64,000 nt of DNA, taken from assembly GCA_021774615.1 (NCBI GenBank), contig JAJFIW010000036.1:37318-101317 (forward strand), read 5' to 3'. The translations under genes and the position numbers were made by a program. The stretch's first letter is position 1. The number at the start of each line of letters is the position of its first letter. The notes below the pieces were generated by a model. The model ran no database searches and was not told the DNA's origin. It saw nothing but the letters and a program-made list of their open reading frames with translations. Source of the DNA: Alphaproteobacteria bacterium (GTDB lineage Bacteria > Pseudomonadota > Alphaproteobacteria > UBA1280 > UBA6503). This document shows positions 42,383-52,066 of the stretch, in pieces.

Positions 42383-43504
42383 ATGCTAAAGCTATCTTTA
42401 AGGTTACATATATTATTTGCAGCATTAATTATTTGTATGCCAACCCAAGCAATTGCGCAAAGACCACCGATGGGTATGGGTGGTGGTGTACCTGTTGTAG
42501 TCACGCCTGTAGTAGAAAACCAATGGGTAGAAGAAATTGAAGCTCTTGGTACATTGCGTGCGCGCGAACAGGTAAAATTAACTGCCACTGTTTCTGACAA
42601 GGTTTCAGCAATTCACTTTACCGATGGGCAATGGGTAGAAAAGGGCGCTATTGTCGTTGAAATGGATAGTGGTGAGGAAAAAGCCGAACTAGAAGCAGCC
42701 CTTTCAGCCTTAAGAGAAGCAAAAAAACAGCACCAACGATCAAGAAAACTTGTTAAAAAAGGTGCTACATCGCAATCTGTTGCCGATGAACACCGCCGTG
42801 TGTTTGAAATATCTAAAGCACAAGTTGGGGTAGCAAAAGCAAAACTGCAAGACCATGTTATCCATGCGCCGTTTTCAGGCGTGCTAGGGTTGCGGGAGGT
42901 AAGCCCTGGGGCATATTTAAACTCTGGCGATACTATTACAACATTAACCGATGCATCTACTATGCGTTTAGACTTTACCCTTCCAGAGGTTCATTTAGCG
43001 AGCCTTACCGTAGGACAAACAGTAAAAGTAATAACTAAAGCTTATGATGGCCGTATTTTCCAAGGGCAAATTTCTGCCGTTGATAACCATGTGGATAATG
43101 TAACCAGAGCTATTGGTGTTCGTGCGCTATTATCTAATGAAGAAAACTTATTAAAAGCCGGGATGTTGATGACTGTTAATATTAAAAAAGCAGCAGAGCC
43201 TGTTTTGGTATTACCTGAAGGCTCTTTAGTGCCAGAAAGTGCCAGCAATTTTGTATATGTAGTAGACCCAACAGCAAAGCCAGCGGTTGCTGTAAAAACC
43301 GAAGTGAAAATAGGCCGTCGCCAAGCCGGAATCGTTGAGATTTTGTCGGGAGTTAATGTGGGGCAAATGGTTGTGTCGCACGGTACGCTAAAGCTTGCTA
43401 ATGGTCGCCCTGTTATGATTATTGCAACTCAAGAACAGGGTGTTTCTATGGCAGATATTCTGGAGAAAATGAACAAAGCAAGCCAAAGTAGGGCTCATAA
43501 ATAA
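42383..43504 (+). CDS. RND efflux periplasmic adaptor (membrane fusion protein)
   Basis: Signal peptide plus HlyD/biotinyl-lipoyl-like barrel motifs. The stop overlaps the start of the RND pump (ATGA junction). Confidence 0.85.
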   Translation: MLKLSLRLHILFAALIICMPTQAIAQRPPMGMGGGVPVVVTPVVENQWVEEIEALGTLRAREQVKLTATVSDKVSAIHFTDGQWVEKGAIVVEMDSGEEKAELEAALSALREAKKQHQRSRKLVKKGATSQSVADEHRRVFEISKAQVGVAKAKLQDHVIHAPFSGVLGLREVSPGAYLNSGDTITTLTDASTMRLDFTLPEVHLASLTVGQTVKVITKAYDGRIFQGQISAVDNHVDNVTRAIGVRALLSNEENLLKAGMLMTVNIKKAAEPVLVLPEGSLVPESASNFVYVVDPTAKPAVAVKTEVKIGRRQAGIVEILSGVNVGQMVVSHGTLKLANGRPVMIIATQEQGVSMADILEKMNKASQSRAHK

Positions 43505-46500
43505 TGTTGTTATCGGATGTTTCTGTTAAACGGCCTGTCTTTGCATCTGTTGTTGCATTGCTACTGGTTGTTTTTGGGGTTATCTCATTTTTAGAGCTAC
43601 CACTGCGCGAGTACCCTGCTATTGACCCACCTGTAGTAACTATTAAAACCAATTACCGAGGTGCGGCAGCCCAAGTAGTAGAAAATAGAATTACTGAAGC
43701 CATCGAGGAGCGCATTTCTGGTATTGAAGGAATTAAGTTTATTTCTTCAACTAGCGAAGATGGACAGTCTTCTATCCGAGTGGAGTTTAGTATTGATCGC
43801 GACATAGATGCTGCTGCAAATGATATCCGCGACCGTGTTGCATCTGTCTCTGATGACTTACCCGATGAAGCTGACCCACCTGAAATATCTAAAATAACTT
43901 CCGATGACGATGTTATTTTATGGCTCCATTTAGCAAGCGATAGATTGTCTGTTTCGGAGTTAACCGACTATGCCGACCGCTATCTGGTAGACCGTTTTTC
44001 GGTTATTGATGGGGTTGCTCGGGTACGTATTGGCGGCGGGCAAAAATTTGCGATGCGAGTTTGGCTAGATAGGCGAGCATTAGCAGGGCATAACCTTACA
44101 GTTGCTGACGTGGAAAACGCACTACAACGAGAAAATATAGAGCTACCAGCAGGGAACATAGAGTCTATCGATAGGCAGTTTACAGTTAGAGTCCAGCGGG
44201 CATTTTCTGACGCGGAAGATTTCCAAAAACTTGTGCTTTATAAAGGTGACGATGGGCACCTAGTCCAACTTGGTGATGTTGCACGGGTAGAGCTGGGGCA
44301 AGAGGTATTACGAACATTCTTTCGTGGTAATGGCGAGCCTATGGTCGGGATTGGGATTATAAAACAATCACAAGCTAATACAATTGCCGTTGTTAAAGGG
44401 GTTAAGGGTAGGCTAGATGAAGTTAACCAAACCCTACCAGAAGGGATGACTGTTGATGAAAGCTACGACACTTCTGTGTTTATTAGTAAAGCGATTATAG
44501 AAGTTTACAAAACTCTAGCGATTGCCTTATTTTTGGTTGTAGGCATTATATATTTATTTTTGGGTAGTGTTAGGGCTACAATTGTACCTGCAGTAACGGT
44601 TCCGGTGTCTATTATTGCAACTTTTATGGCTTTATTAGCTTTTGATTTTTCGATTAATTTGCTTACATTACTTGCCCTTGTTTTGGCGATTGGCCTAGTG
44701 GTTGATGACGCAATTGTAGTGCTAGAAAATATTTACCGCCGTATGGAAGAAAAAAACGAGACACCACTTGTAGCAGCATTTAATGGCACACGCCAAGTAG
44801 GATTTGCGGTTATTGCAACTACTTTGGTTTTACTTGCGGTGTTTATCCCCTTTACTTTTTTAGAGGGTGACATTGGCAGGCTATTTGCCGAGTTTGCGGT
44901 TACGTTATCGGTTGCGGTTGTGTTCTCTAGTTTTGTGGCATTAACTCTTTGCCCGATGTTAGCGTCAAAAGTATTGCGGGTTGGCCGAAGCGATAATAAA
45001 GCCATAAAAAAGGTTGATGATGTTTTCCAGAAAGTTCGATCTTCTTATGTTAGCTGGCTAGATAAAGCCTTACACAAACCTAAAAAAGTATTGTTACTTG
45101 CAAGTGCTGGTATCGCTGCAATTGGTGGACTATTTATGGCATTGCCAAGCGAGTATGCACCAAAAGAAGATAGGGGAGCATTTTTTGTTATTGTAAACGG
45201 CCCAGAAGGGGCAACCTACAGCTACATGAAAGACTATATGGACGAGATCGAAAACCGCCTGATGCCATATATTAAAAAAGGCGAAATGCAACGGCTTTTA
45301 GTACGTGCGCCACGTACATTTTCTAATTTCGAAAATTTTAACAGCGGGATTGTTATTGCAGTGCTTTCTCCATGGGGGCAACGCCGCCCTGCGGATGCAA
45401 TTATGGGCGAAGTTGCAGGCAGGCTTGCAGGCTTACCTGGGGTTATGGCATTCCCAGTTATGCGCCAAGGTTTTAGCCAGTCTATCCAAAAACCAGTACA
45501 ATTTGTAATTGGTGGTAGCACTTACGATGAGCTAACAAAATGGCGTGATATTATGCTGACTGAAATTAATAAAAATAACCCCGGCTTAACAGGATTAAAC
45601 TGGGACTACAAAGAAACAAAACCCCAACTTAAAATTGACGTAGATTATAATCGTGCTGCCGAATTAGGCGTACGAGTGCAAGACATTGGCCTAACGCTCG
45701 AAACCATGCTTGGCTCTAGGCGTGTTACTAATTTTATGATGGATGGCGAAGAATATGATGTGCTGGTAGAAGGGGAGAGAAACCTCCAAAATACTGCGGC
45801 AGACTTGCAAAATATTTATGTGCGCTCGGAAGCCACGGGCGAGCTTATCCCTGTATCGAACATGGTAGAAGTGCGCGAGTTTGCAGACTCTACCACCCTT
45901 AATCGTTATAATCGGGTGCGGGCAATCACGATCGAAGCCAACCTTGGCGGCAATCTAACCCTTGGGCAAGCGCTTGAATATTTAGAAGACACTGCACGCC
46001 AAAACCTACCCGAAAAAGTAATTATTGATTATAAAGGGCAGTCGCTAGACTTCAAGTCGTCAGGTAGCTCGATATGGTTTGTGTATCTATTAGGTATTTT
46101 AGTAGTGTTTTTGGTGCTGGCAGCGCAGTTCGAAAGTTATGTGCACCCTGCAATTATTATTACCACCGTGCCAATGGCAATGCTGGGTGGTTTGTTAGCA
46201 TTGTTTATAACAGGCAGCAGCATTAATATTTACAGCCAAATTGGGCTTATTATGCTGGTAGGTCTAGCCGCAAAAAATGGGATTTTAATTGTAGAATTTG
46301 CCAACCAACTCCGTGACCAAGGCACACCTTTTGCCCAAGCATTAAAAGAGGCTGCGGCCACTAGGTTCCGCCCAGTTGTGATGACTAGCGTAACAACCGC
46401 TGCTGGTACAATCCCACTAATATTAGCAACAGGAGCGGGGGCTGCATCGCTATTTACTATTGGGGTAACGGTTATGGGCGGTGTTCTTGTTGCTACAGTT

Positions 46501-46614
46501 TTAACCCTGCTATTAGTACCGCTAGTCTATAGCCTTATGGCAGAGAATACAGGTTCTCCAAACGATGTTGCTCGGCAGCTTGAAGCTGACATGGAAAAGC
46601 AAAAAATTACATAA
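43504..46614 (+). CDS. RND efflux transporter permease (AcrB/HAE1 family)
   Basis: 1036 aa, 12 TM helices with two large periplasmic loops. No outer-membrane factor gene is adjacent. Confidence 0.9.
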   Translation: MLLSDVSVKRPVFASVVALLLVVFGVISFLELPLREYPAIDPPVVTIKTNYRGAAAQVVENRITEAIEERISGIEGIKFISSTSEDGQSSIRVEFSIDRDIDAAANDIRDRVASVSDDLPDEADPPEISKITSDDDVILWLHLASDRLSVSELTDYADRYLVDRFSVIDGVARVRIGGGQKFAMRVWLDRRALAGHNLTVADVENALQRENIELPAGNIESIDRQFTVRVQRAFSDAEDFQKLVLYKGDDGHLVQLGDVARVELGQEVLRTFFRGNGEPMVGIGIIKQSQANTIAVVKGVKGRLDEVNQTLPEGMTVDESYDTSVFISKAIIEVYKTLAIALFLVVGIIYLFLGSVRATIVPAVTVPVSIIATFMALLAFDFSINLLTLLALVLAIGLVVDDAIVVLENIYRRMEEKNETPLVAAFNGTRQVGFAVIATTLVLLAVFIPFTFLEGDIGRLFAEFAVTLSVAVVFSSFVALTLCPMLASKVLRVGRSDNKAIKKVDDVFQKVRSSYVSWLDKALHKPKKVLLLASAGIAAIGGLFMALPSEYAPKEDRGAFFVIVNGPEGATYSYMKDYMDEIENRLMPYIKKGEMQRLLVRAPRTFSNFENFNSGIVIAVLSPWGQRRPADAIMGEVAGRLAGLPGVMAFPVMRQGFSQSIQKPVQFVIGGSTYDELTKWRDIMLTEINKNNPGLTGLNWDYKETKPQLKIDVDYNRAAELGVRVQDIGLTLETMLGSRRVTNFMMDGEEYDVLVEGERNLQNTAADLQNIYVRSEATGELIPVSNMVEVREFADSTTLNRYNRVRAITIEANLGGNLTLGQALEYLEDTARQNLPEKVIIDYKGQSLDFKSSGSSIWFVYLLGILVVFLVLAAQFESYVHPAIIITTVPMAMLGGLLALFITGSSINIYSQIGLIMLVGLAAKNGILIVEFANQLRDQGTPFAQALKEAAATRFRPVVMTSVTTAAGTIPLILATGAGAASLFTIGVTVMGGVLVATVLTLLLVPLVYSLMAENTGSPNDVARQLEADMEKQKIT

Positions 46615-46632
46615 CTTCTTTGAAAATAAAGA

Positions 46633-46663
46633 AGCCCTAGAAGTGGTTTAACACTCTAGGGCT
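46633..46663. terminator. Terminator hairpin agccctagaag...ctagggct
   Basis: 9-bp inverted repeat. The T-tract is on the minus-strand reading, so it serves the 46674-46895 gene and probably also the RND operon. Confidence 0.55.
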
Positions 46664-46673
46664 CAAGAAGTCG

Positions 46674-46895
46674 TTATTTATAGTAAGATAGGTCACGACG
46701 GTTCCTTGGGAATAACGTCAGCCATATAGATTTTAAATGGTTAAAGCCACCAGTAAAGAGGGCTATTGCGCCAAAAAATATACCAGATGCGGCAAAAATT
46801 TGTAAATAGATAGACTCTTGAGGTGAGAGTATGAGGAATATTGCTACTGCCATTCCAAGTATTGTAAATATTTTTATAAAACAACGTAAAATCAT
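46674..46895 (-). CDS. Hypothetical small membrane protein (73 aa)
   Basis: Two hydrophobic helices. ORF-only call. Confidence 0.25.
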   Translation of the reverse strand: MILRCFIKIFTILGMAVAIFLILSPQESIYLQIFAASGIFFGAIALFTGGFNHLKSIWLTLFPRNRRDLSYYK

Positions 46896-46918
46896 AGTTA
46901 AATTTCCTTGATAGTATA

Positions 46919-47179
46919 TTAACCATTACTCCGAGATGTTGGTTCTGGGTTTTTGTGCTCTGTAGGTTCATCTGAATGATGAGCAAAAAAATTGAAATAT
47001 ACAAATGATGCAACCATAAAAATTATGCCTGTGGTTACACTGAATGTAATAAATGATTTCATTATCAAGTTTACTTCTTTTATTGTGCCTCCTACCACCA
47101 GTATGGCTAGACCCATTCCTGTGGTGCTAATCATCATTATAATAAACTGGAAACTAGTTGATATAGTAGATAGTTTCAT
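46919..47179 (-). CDS. Hypothetical small membrane protein (86 aa)
   Basis: Two hydrophobic helices. ORF-only call. Confidence 0.25.
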   Translation of the reverse strand: MKLSTISTSFQFIIMMISTTGMGLAILVVGGTIKEVNLIMKSFITFSVTTGIIFMVASFVYFNFFAHHSDEPTEHKNPEPTSRSNG

Positions 47180-47269
47180 AAATACCCTTATATTGAAGTG
47201 AATAAAAAATAGATAAGATAAAACTAGAATATAGATTATGTGTATAACAACCGTTTTATTGGTGCAAGG

Positions 47270-47728
47270 TTATTTAGCATCTAATGATCCGAGAATTTCA
47301 GCAGGAGGGATTTTTTCTTTTTTCTTGTTAAGAAATAATCCTTTCACATGGGCAATGGCAACTGGTTTGTCACCACAAAGGAACGTTTGGCGGATATCGA
47401 AGTATTTCTCACCCACATTATGTATTTCTGTACGTAATATAACTTTTGCAAAAGGTTGGATAGAACGGATAAATTTAATTTCGACGTTGCCAACCACAGG
47501 GAACCAGCCATTTTTAAATGATGTACCCATTAACCCTGTGCGACCCATCATGTAAATACGGCCCAAGTCCATCCATGCAGGGTAGCGAGAGTTTGTCATG
47601 TGCATGTTAATATCAAGGTCAAACGGCCATACCCTAAATGCAATATCAAAGTGTGACAATGGATCGTCTTCCTTTTTCTCAAAAAATATTCTGAGGAGAA
47701 CTCGCATCATTCTGAAATATAAGTTCAT
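47270..47728 (-). CDS. Hotdog-fold thioesterase-like protein
   Basis: 152 aa. The pattern WPFDLDINMHMTNSRY resembles the 4HBT_2/acyl-CoA thioesterase family. Confidence 0.45.
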   Translation of the reverse strand: MNLYFRMMRVLLRIFFEKKEDDPLSHFDIAFRVWPFDLDINMHMTNSRYPAWMDLGRIYMMGRTGLMGTSFKNGWFPVVGNVEIKFIRSIQPFAKVILRTEIHNVGEKYFDIRQTFLCGDKPVAIAHVKGLFLNKKKEKIPPAEILGSLDAK

Positions 47729-47914
47729 GTGTGTATTAACTCCTGTAAAGAAAAGGTATGAAAATAAAGTGTAATAATTTATTTATATTGTAAGAAGTAT
47801 TGATATACAAGAAAAGAACAAACAAAAAACTATAGGCCACAAAAATAATGGCCTTTTATAGCAAAGCACAACAAAATGTGCCCATAAAAAAATTTTTAAG
47901 AGCTACAAAAAAGA

Positions 47915-47944
47915 AAAACCCCAGCACATAATACTGGGGTTTTG
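47915..47944 (-). terminator. Terminator (aaaaccccag...ctggggtttt) downstream of cspA
   Basis: 5-bp GC stem plus T-tract on the minus-strand reading, 15 nt after the cspA stop. Confidence 0.65.
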
Positions 47945-47958
47945 AATCTTACCAACCG

Positions 47959-48162
47959 TTAGACGACTTGGAGATTAACAGCAGCAGTTTTGCCACGGTT
48001 TTCTTCTAGTTCATAGCTAACTTTTTGACCTTCGTTTAGGCCATCAAGGTTAGATTTTTGAACAGCAGTAATGTGAACAAACACATCGTTGCCACCTTCG
48101 TCAGGTTGGATAAAACCAAAACCTTTAGTTGGATTGAACCATTTTACAGTTCCTGTACTCAT
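47959..48162 (-). CDS. cspA: Cold-shock protein (CspA family)
   Basis: 67 aa with RNP1/RNP2 motifs (KWFNPTKGFGFI; VFVHI). Confidence 0.9.
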   Translation of the reverse strand: MSTGTVKWFNPTKGFGFIQPDEGGNDVFVHITAVQKSNLDGLNEGQKVSYELEENRGKTAAVNLQVV

Positions 48163-48413
48163 CGGTATATACTTTCTTTACATATTCAAATTCTGAACAA
48201 GGCGCATTCTATGCAAGTCTTATTCAGTGCAAGTTATATAGTCATTACATAACCTACCCTACTTAGGCAAAGAGCCTATCACGTATATGGGTACTACAAA
48301 ACAAAATAACAGTGTTAAGTGTTGTTTTTTTGCATTTTATACCAGTTATATAGACATATTATGTTTACACTGTGTTTCTAGTTATTGCAATTATTGGCTG
48401 TTTTCTAAAGCTA

Positions 48414-49610
48414 TTAAGCAGTTTTCTTGCTTGGAACAGGCAATAAGTGTTTTTCGCTCTCATCACGATGTTTTTTTAGGTATTTCATAAAAGGTGTGCC
48501 ACCTGTACCAACATCACTCGGGTTACCAGCTAAACTATTTTGTTTATTAATGTATGATGCTGCATATTCTAAATGTAGAGCACGGAACTGGTGCATTTGG
48601 CTAAGGCAAGCGTTATATAGCTCGGTCAACTCTATGTTTTCAGTTTTTTCTACAAATGCTCTTAAACCGCTGCGTTTTGCTACTTCTTCAATAAAACGAC
48701 GGTGTAAAACTGGGCGATAATCGTGCAATTCGTTTAAATATTGGCGCAGAGGGTCGTTAGAGTGCATAACATTAAATAAAGCATCCATTGTTGGCACAAT
48801 AGAGCTTTGCGAGCCTGTTTGACCACGGAAACCTTGGATCTCTCCTTTAAATTTATCCACACCTTCATAGATCACGCCACCTGGTAGGTCAGGGTTGTCT
48901 TGCCAGCCGTGGATATAGGGGCGGACACGGGTAAAGTAGGTATATGGGTCGCAGCGTTCTACCATGCGTGCCATAGTTGGGTTTATATTTTGCCATGAGG
49001 CAAGTATTTCTTTAAGCCCTGCAATTACAGCTTGTTCGTTGCTGGCGTCTACACCTTCAAAAATAGATGGGATTGCTGCTAGTGCTTGGCCAGCTTCGGC
49101 CTCAATCTCCACATGGATCATTTTAAACCAGTTTTCGTCAATCCCGCTCGAAAAATGTTGCATCATGTAGATGTTCTCTACGGTTATTCCACCTTTTTTG
49201 TCAAGCATGCTCCAGTTGTCTAGCACGTAGCATGAGTAAGGCAGAAGAGGGAACTGTTCTAGTTTTTCAGCAACAAGGCAAAAGGGCACACTAATATTAC
49301 GGGGGATAATATGGTTGGGTTCATCCTCACCCCATACCCAGCTTTGGGCAAAGTACGAGTAGTAAACCATAGCGTTTCTAAGTTGCTCGTTGGTGGCTGT
49401 ATTAACAAAACTAGTTACGTCAATTTCAGGGATAGTTTTAAGATAACGGCGCACCACACCTGTGGCCATCCACTCGGGTAGCCATTTTGCGGCTTCAATG
49501 ATTGGGTTAAATAGCTCTGGCATTTGTACAGTTACAGGGTCGTACTTACATAAAAATCCACGCTCTTTAGAAACATCAAACTTAGTAATATCAAAATGTT
49601 CGGTCATCAT
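48414..49610 (-). CDS. Indoleamine 2,3-dioxygenase-like haem dioxygenase (eukaryote-like)
   Basis: 398 aa. Blocks are collinear with human IDO1: IPRNISVPFC vs LPRNIAVPYC; IHGWQDNPDLPGGVIYEG vs LSGWKGNPQLSDGLVYEG; FRGQTGSQSSIVPTMD vs FAGGSAGQSSVFQCFD; LRQYL vs MRRYM. Confidence 0.8.
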   Translation of the reverse strand: MMTEHFDITKFDVSKERGFLCKYDPVTVQMPELFNPIIEAAKWLPEWMATGVVRRYLKTIPEIDVTSFVNTATNEQLRNAMVYYSYFAQSWVWGEDEPNHIIPRNISVPFCLVAEKLEQFPLLPYSCYVLDNWSMLDKKGGITVENIYMMQHFSSGIDENWFKMIHVEIEAEAGQALAAIPSIFEGVDASNEQAVIAGLKEILASWQNINPTMARMVERCDPYTYFTRVRPYIHGWQDNPDLPGGVIYEGVDKFKGEIQGFRGQTGSQSSIVPTMDALFNVMHSNDPLRQYLNELHDYRPVLHRRFIEEVAKRSGLRAFVEKTENIELTELYNACLSQMHQFRALHLEYAASYINKQNSLAGNPSDVGTGGTPFMKYLKKHRDESEKHLLPVPSKKTA

Positions 49611-49812
49611 CTATCCCCTTTGTATAATTTTTGTTCATTATTCTCTTTTTTTTAATAATGGGCAAGTGAAGTTGGAACCTAATTATGCTATATATATTAT
49701 ACGAGAGAGAATTGAGCTTGACTTATGTATTTACCAAAGTTAGAAAATCAAACCTGTAAGTACTATCTCTTTTCTTTTTTAACCTTTATTAAATTTATAG
49801 GAAATATCTCTT

Positions 49813-51228
49813 ATGGAACTTAAAACACCAAAAGTAATTGTTATAGATGATATCCACCCTGAAGATGGCGCAATGCTACAAGCGCTTTATTCTCGGAGCC
49901 CTGCAGGTGTAGAATACCACCTTGGAAAAGTTAAAAAAGCTGGTGCCGGTAAGTTTATGAGCCAATATTACGTTGGTTATGGTCATGCTTCTATTGGCGA
50001 TTGTGGTGTTACAAACATCTTCGTTGAGAATTACTCAATGCTAGCGTGTAAGGCAATCCAAGATAACCCGCTTTACTCGGGGCAGGAGGCTTCAACCCGC
50101 TACTTAGATTTTTCAGCACAACCTGCTGTTGACCCTTATAACACCCCATATACACGTTCTATACTCGATGGTTGGCTGTCTATTTATAATACATGGATGC
50201 CAAAGGTAGAAGCAGCAATAGCAGAGAAATACCCATTCTCTACCGACGCTTACAAAAGCGAAAAAGCGTGGCGTAATGCTGTGCAGGTTCGGGCGTTCGA
50301 CACTATGCGTTCGTATTTGCCAGTAGGTACAACAACCTTATTTAGCTGGACAACTAACCTGCGCCAAGCTCGGGATAAAATGATGAAGCTAAAATCCCAC
50401 CCATTGCCAGAAGTAAGGCAAATGGCTGAAACTATTTTTACCCAACTGGTTGATAAATACTCGAACAGTTTTTCTGGTGATGAAATGCAGAACCAAGGTG
50501 GTCGCTATACCAAGCGTGATGCCTATAATGCTGCTGAGGCAACCCGTGAAAACTATGAAAGCTTTGCCGACATTAAAACTCGTCTAAATATTTCAGACTC
50601 CGAGCAACAAGCGCTACTTGACGGCGCACTAATAGCTCGGAAAAACTTGCTAGATGTTGACGGTATTAACCGTATTGAAAAAGATACATTATCTGCTCGC
50701 CCGCAAGGCGGGGTTATGCCTCGGAGGCTAGCTGCTTACGGTAATTACACTATGGCATGCGCTATAGACTTTGGCTCGTACCGAGATTTACAACGTCATC
50801 GCAACGGCATTGCACCATTACCATTGATAGAGCCAACTTTTGGTATGTTCAAATGGTACACCGAAGAGTTGGCAAGTTTACTTGGCGACAGTTATGCATC
50901 GCTAGAGGCTGCAACAAATGACTTGTTCGATAGAATTAAAAATCTTGAACAAGCTGGCATTACTCCAGACCCATTGTTAACCCAATACTTATTACCAATG
51001 GGAACAACTGTTATTTGCTCGCTAGCTTATGGCGTGCCACAAATGGTCTATGTTGGTGAATTGCGCTCGGGTAAAACAGTGCACCCAAGCTTGCGCCCAA
51101 TTGCACATAATATGCTACGTGTATTATCTGAAGATTTCCCAGCCCTTAAACTATATGGGGATATGGACATTGACGGCTGGTCCGAAAAACGTGGTTCGCA
51201 AACTATCAGCGAGAAAAAAGCTGGTTAG
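49813..51228 (+). CDS. Hypothetical 471-aa protein with weak resemblance to the ThyX/Thy1 family
   Basis: The N-terminal third (GHASIGDCGVTNIF...YSGQEASTRY) loosely resembles the ThyX core, and an RHR tripeptide occurs later (DLQRHRNGIA). The protein is about twice ThyX length. Low-confidence family call. Confidence 0.45.
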   Translation: MELKTPKVIVIDDIHPEDGAMLQALYSRSPAGVEYHLGKVKKAGAGKFMSQYYVGYGHASIGDCGVTNIFVENYSMLACKAIQDNPLYSGQEASTRYLDFSAQPAVDPYNTPYTRSILDGWLSIYNTWMPKVEAAIAEKYPFSTDAYKSEKAWRNAVQVRAFDTMRSYLPVGTTTLFSWTTNLRQARDKMMKLKSHPLPEVRQMAETIFTQLVDKYSNSFSGDEMQNQGGRYTKRDAYNAAEATRENYESFADIKTRLNISDSEQQALLDGALIARKNLLDVDGINRIEKDTLSARPQGGVMPRRLAAYGNYTMACAIDFGSYRDLQRHRNGIAPLPLIEPTFGMFKWYTEELASLLGDSYASLEAATNDLFDRIKNLEQAGITPDPLLTQYLLPMGTTVICSLAYGVPQMVYVGELRSGKTVHPSLRPIAHNMLRVLSEDFPALKLYGDMDIDGWSEKRGSQTISEKKAG

Positions 51229-51242
51229 CTTGCATAAAAACG

Positions 51243-51274
51243 AAAAAACCGCCCCTATAAAGGGCGGTTTTTTC
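51243..51274. terminator. Bidirectional terminator (aaaaaaccgccc ctataa agggcggtttttt)
   Basis: 7-bp GC stem with flanking A6/T6, between convergent genes. Confidence 0.75.
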
Positions 51275-51287
51275 GTGCCAAACGGTG

Positions 51288-52028
51288 TTACTGTTTGGTA
51301 ATCGTTACGGTCAAGTTTGGGCAAATTTTAATACTATCAGCCTCTTTTATGGCTTCACATATAATGTCAGTGTCAACCATGAGTTCGTCATCGGCATTAC
51401 TGTCTTGAATTTGCCGTAATAAAGAAAGCATTATAGTGTCGCTACCTTTAATTGCAGTATAATCGTACTCGATGCCATCGTTAAAGTTTTTAATAATGAT
51501 GTCATCTGGCCAAGTGTAACTAATGTTGATATTAGCTTTTACAAGCTTACCATCAGCAGAGGATAGCGTAGTTTGTTCTTGCCATTCTCCATGCATATTT
51601 TTTACAATGGTAATTTCTTCGCCCCCCAACCAAGTTGGCGGGTAGGTGCGATACTTTTCACTAATGCTAATAGTTCCATCTGCATGGATTGCAGCATCAG
51701 TAATATTAACTTGCGTGGAGCTAAAAAATAACATAATAGCTATCGTTGCTCCAAAACCTAAACTAATAGTGTACTTGTTTAGTATTGAGCATATTGCTAG
51801 GAACCCTGCCACAATAAATACAAGTAATGACACTATTAAAGTGAAATCTTGGCTGGATTCTGAGGCGTATCCATAAAATATGAATTGCCACAAGAAAATT
51901 GCTGCTACTAGTGCAATACCAGTAAGGTGTATGGCGATTTTCAAAAATGTTTTGAAAAAATCTGATTCCATAATATTAGCGGCATGGTTTGACATATTTA
52001 CCTCCAAAGGTAAAAAAGAAAAAAGCAA
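51288..52028 (-). CDS. Membrane-anchored paralog family protein, member 1 (conserved C-terminal C-x8-CP-x-LTVTIT motif)
   Basis: 246 aa with N-terminal TM helices. The C-terminal periplasmic-type domain is homologous to 52865-53632 (YPPTW/YPPW; WQEQT; LRQI.DS; ICPNLTVTIT vs GCPQITVSIT). Confidence 0.55.
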   Translation of the reverse strand: MLFSFLPLEVNMSNHAANIMESDFFKTFLKIAIHLTGIALVAAIFLWQFIFYGYASESSQDFTLIVSLLVFIVAGFLAICSILNKYTISLGFGATIAIMLFFSSTQVNITDAAIHADGTISISEKYRTYPPTWLGGEEITIVKNMHGEWQEQTTLSSADGKLVKANINISYTWPDDIIIKNFNDGIEYDYTAIKGSDTIMLSLLRQIQDSNADDELMVDTDIICEAIKEADSIKICPNLTVTITKQ

Positions 52029-52066
52029 ACAAATCCCCCATATTTTGAGAGGGATTTGTTTTGTGA

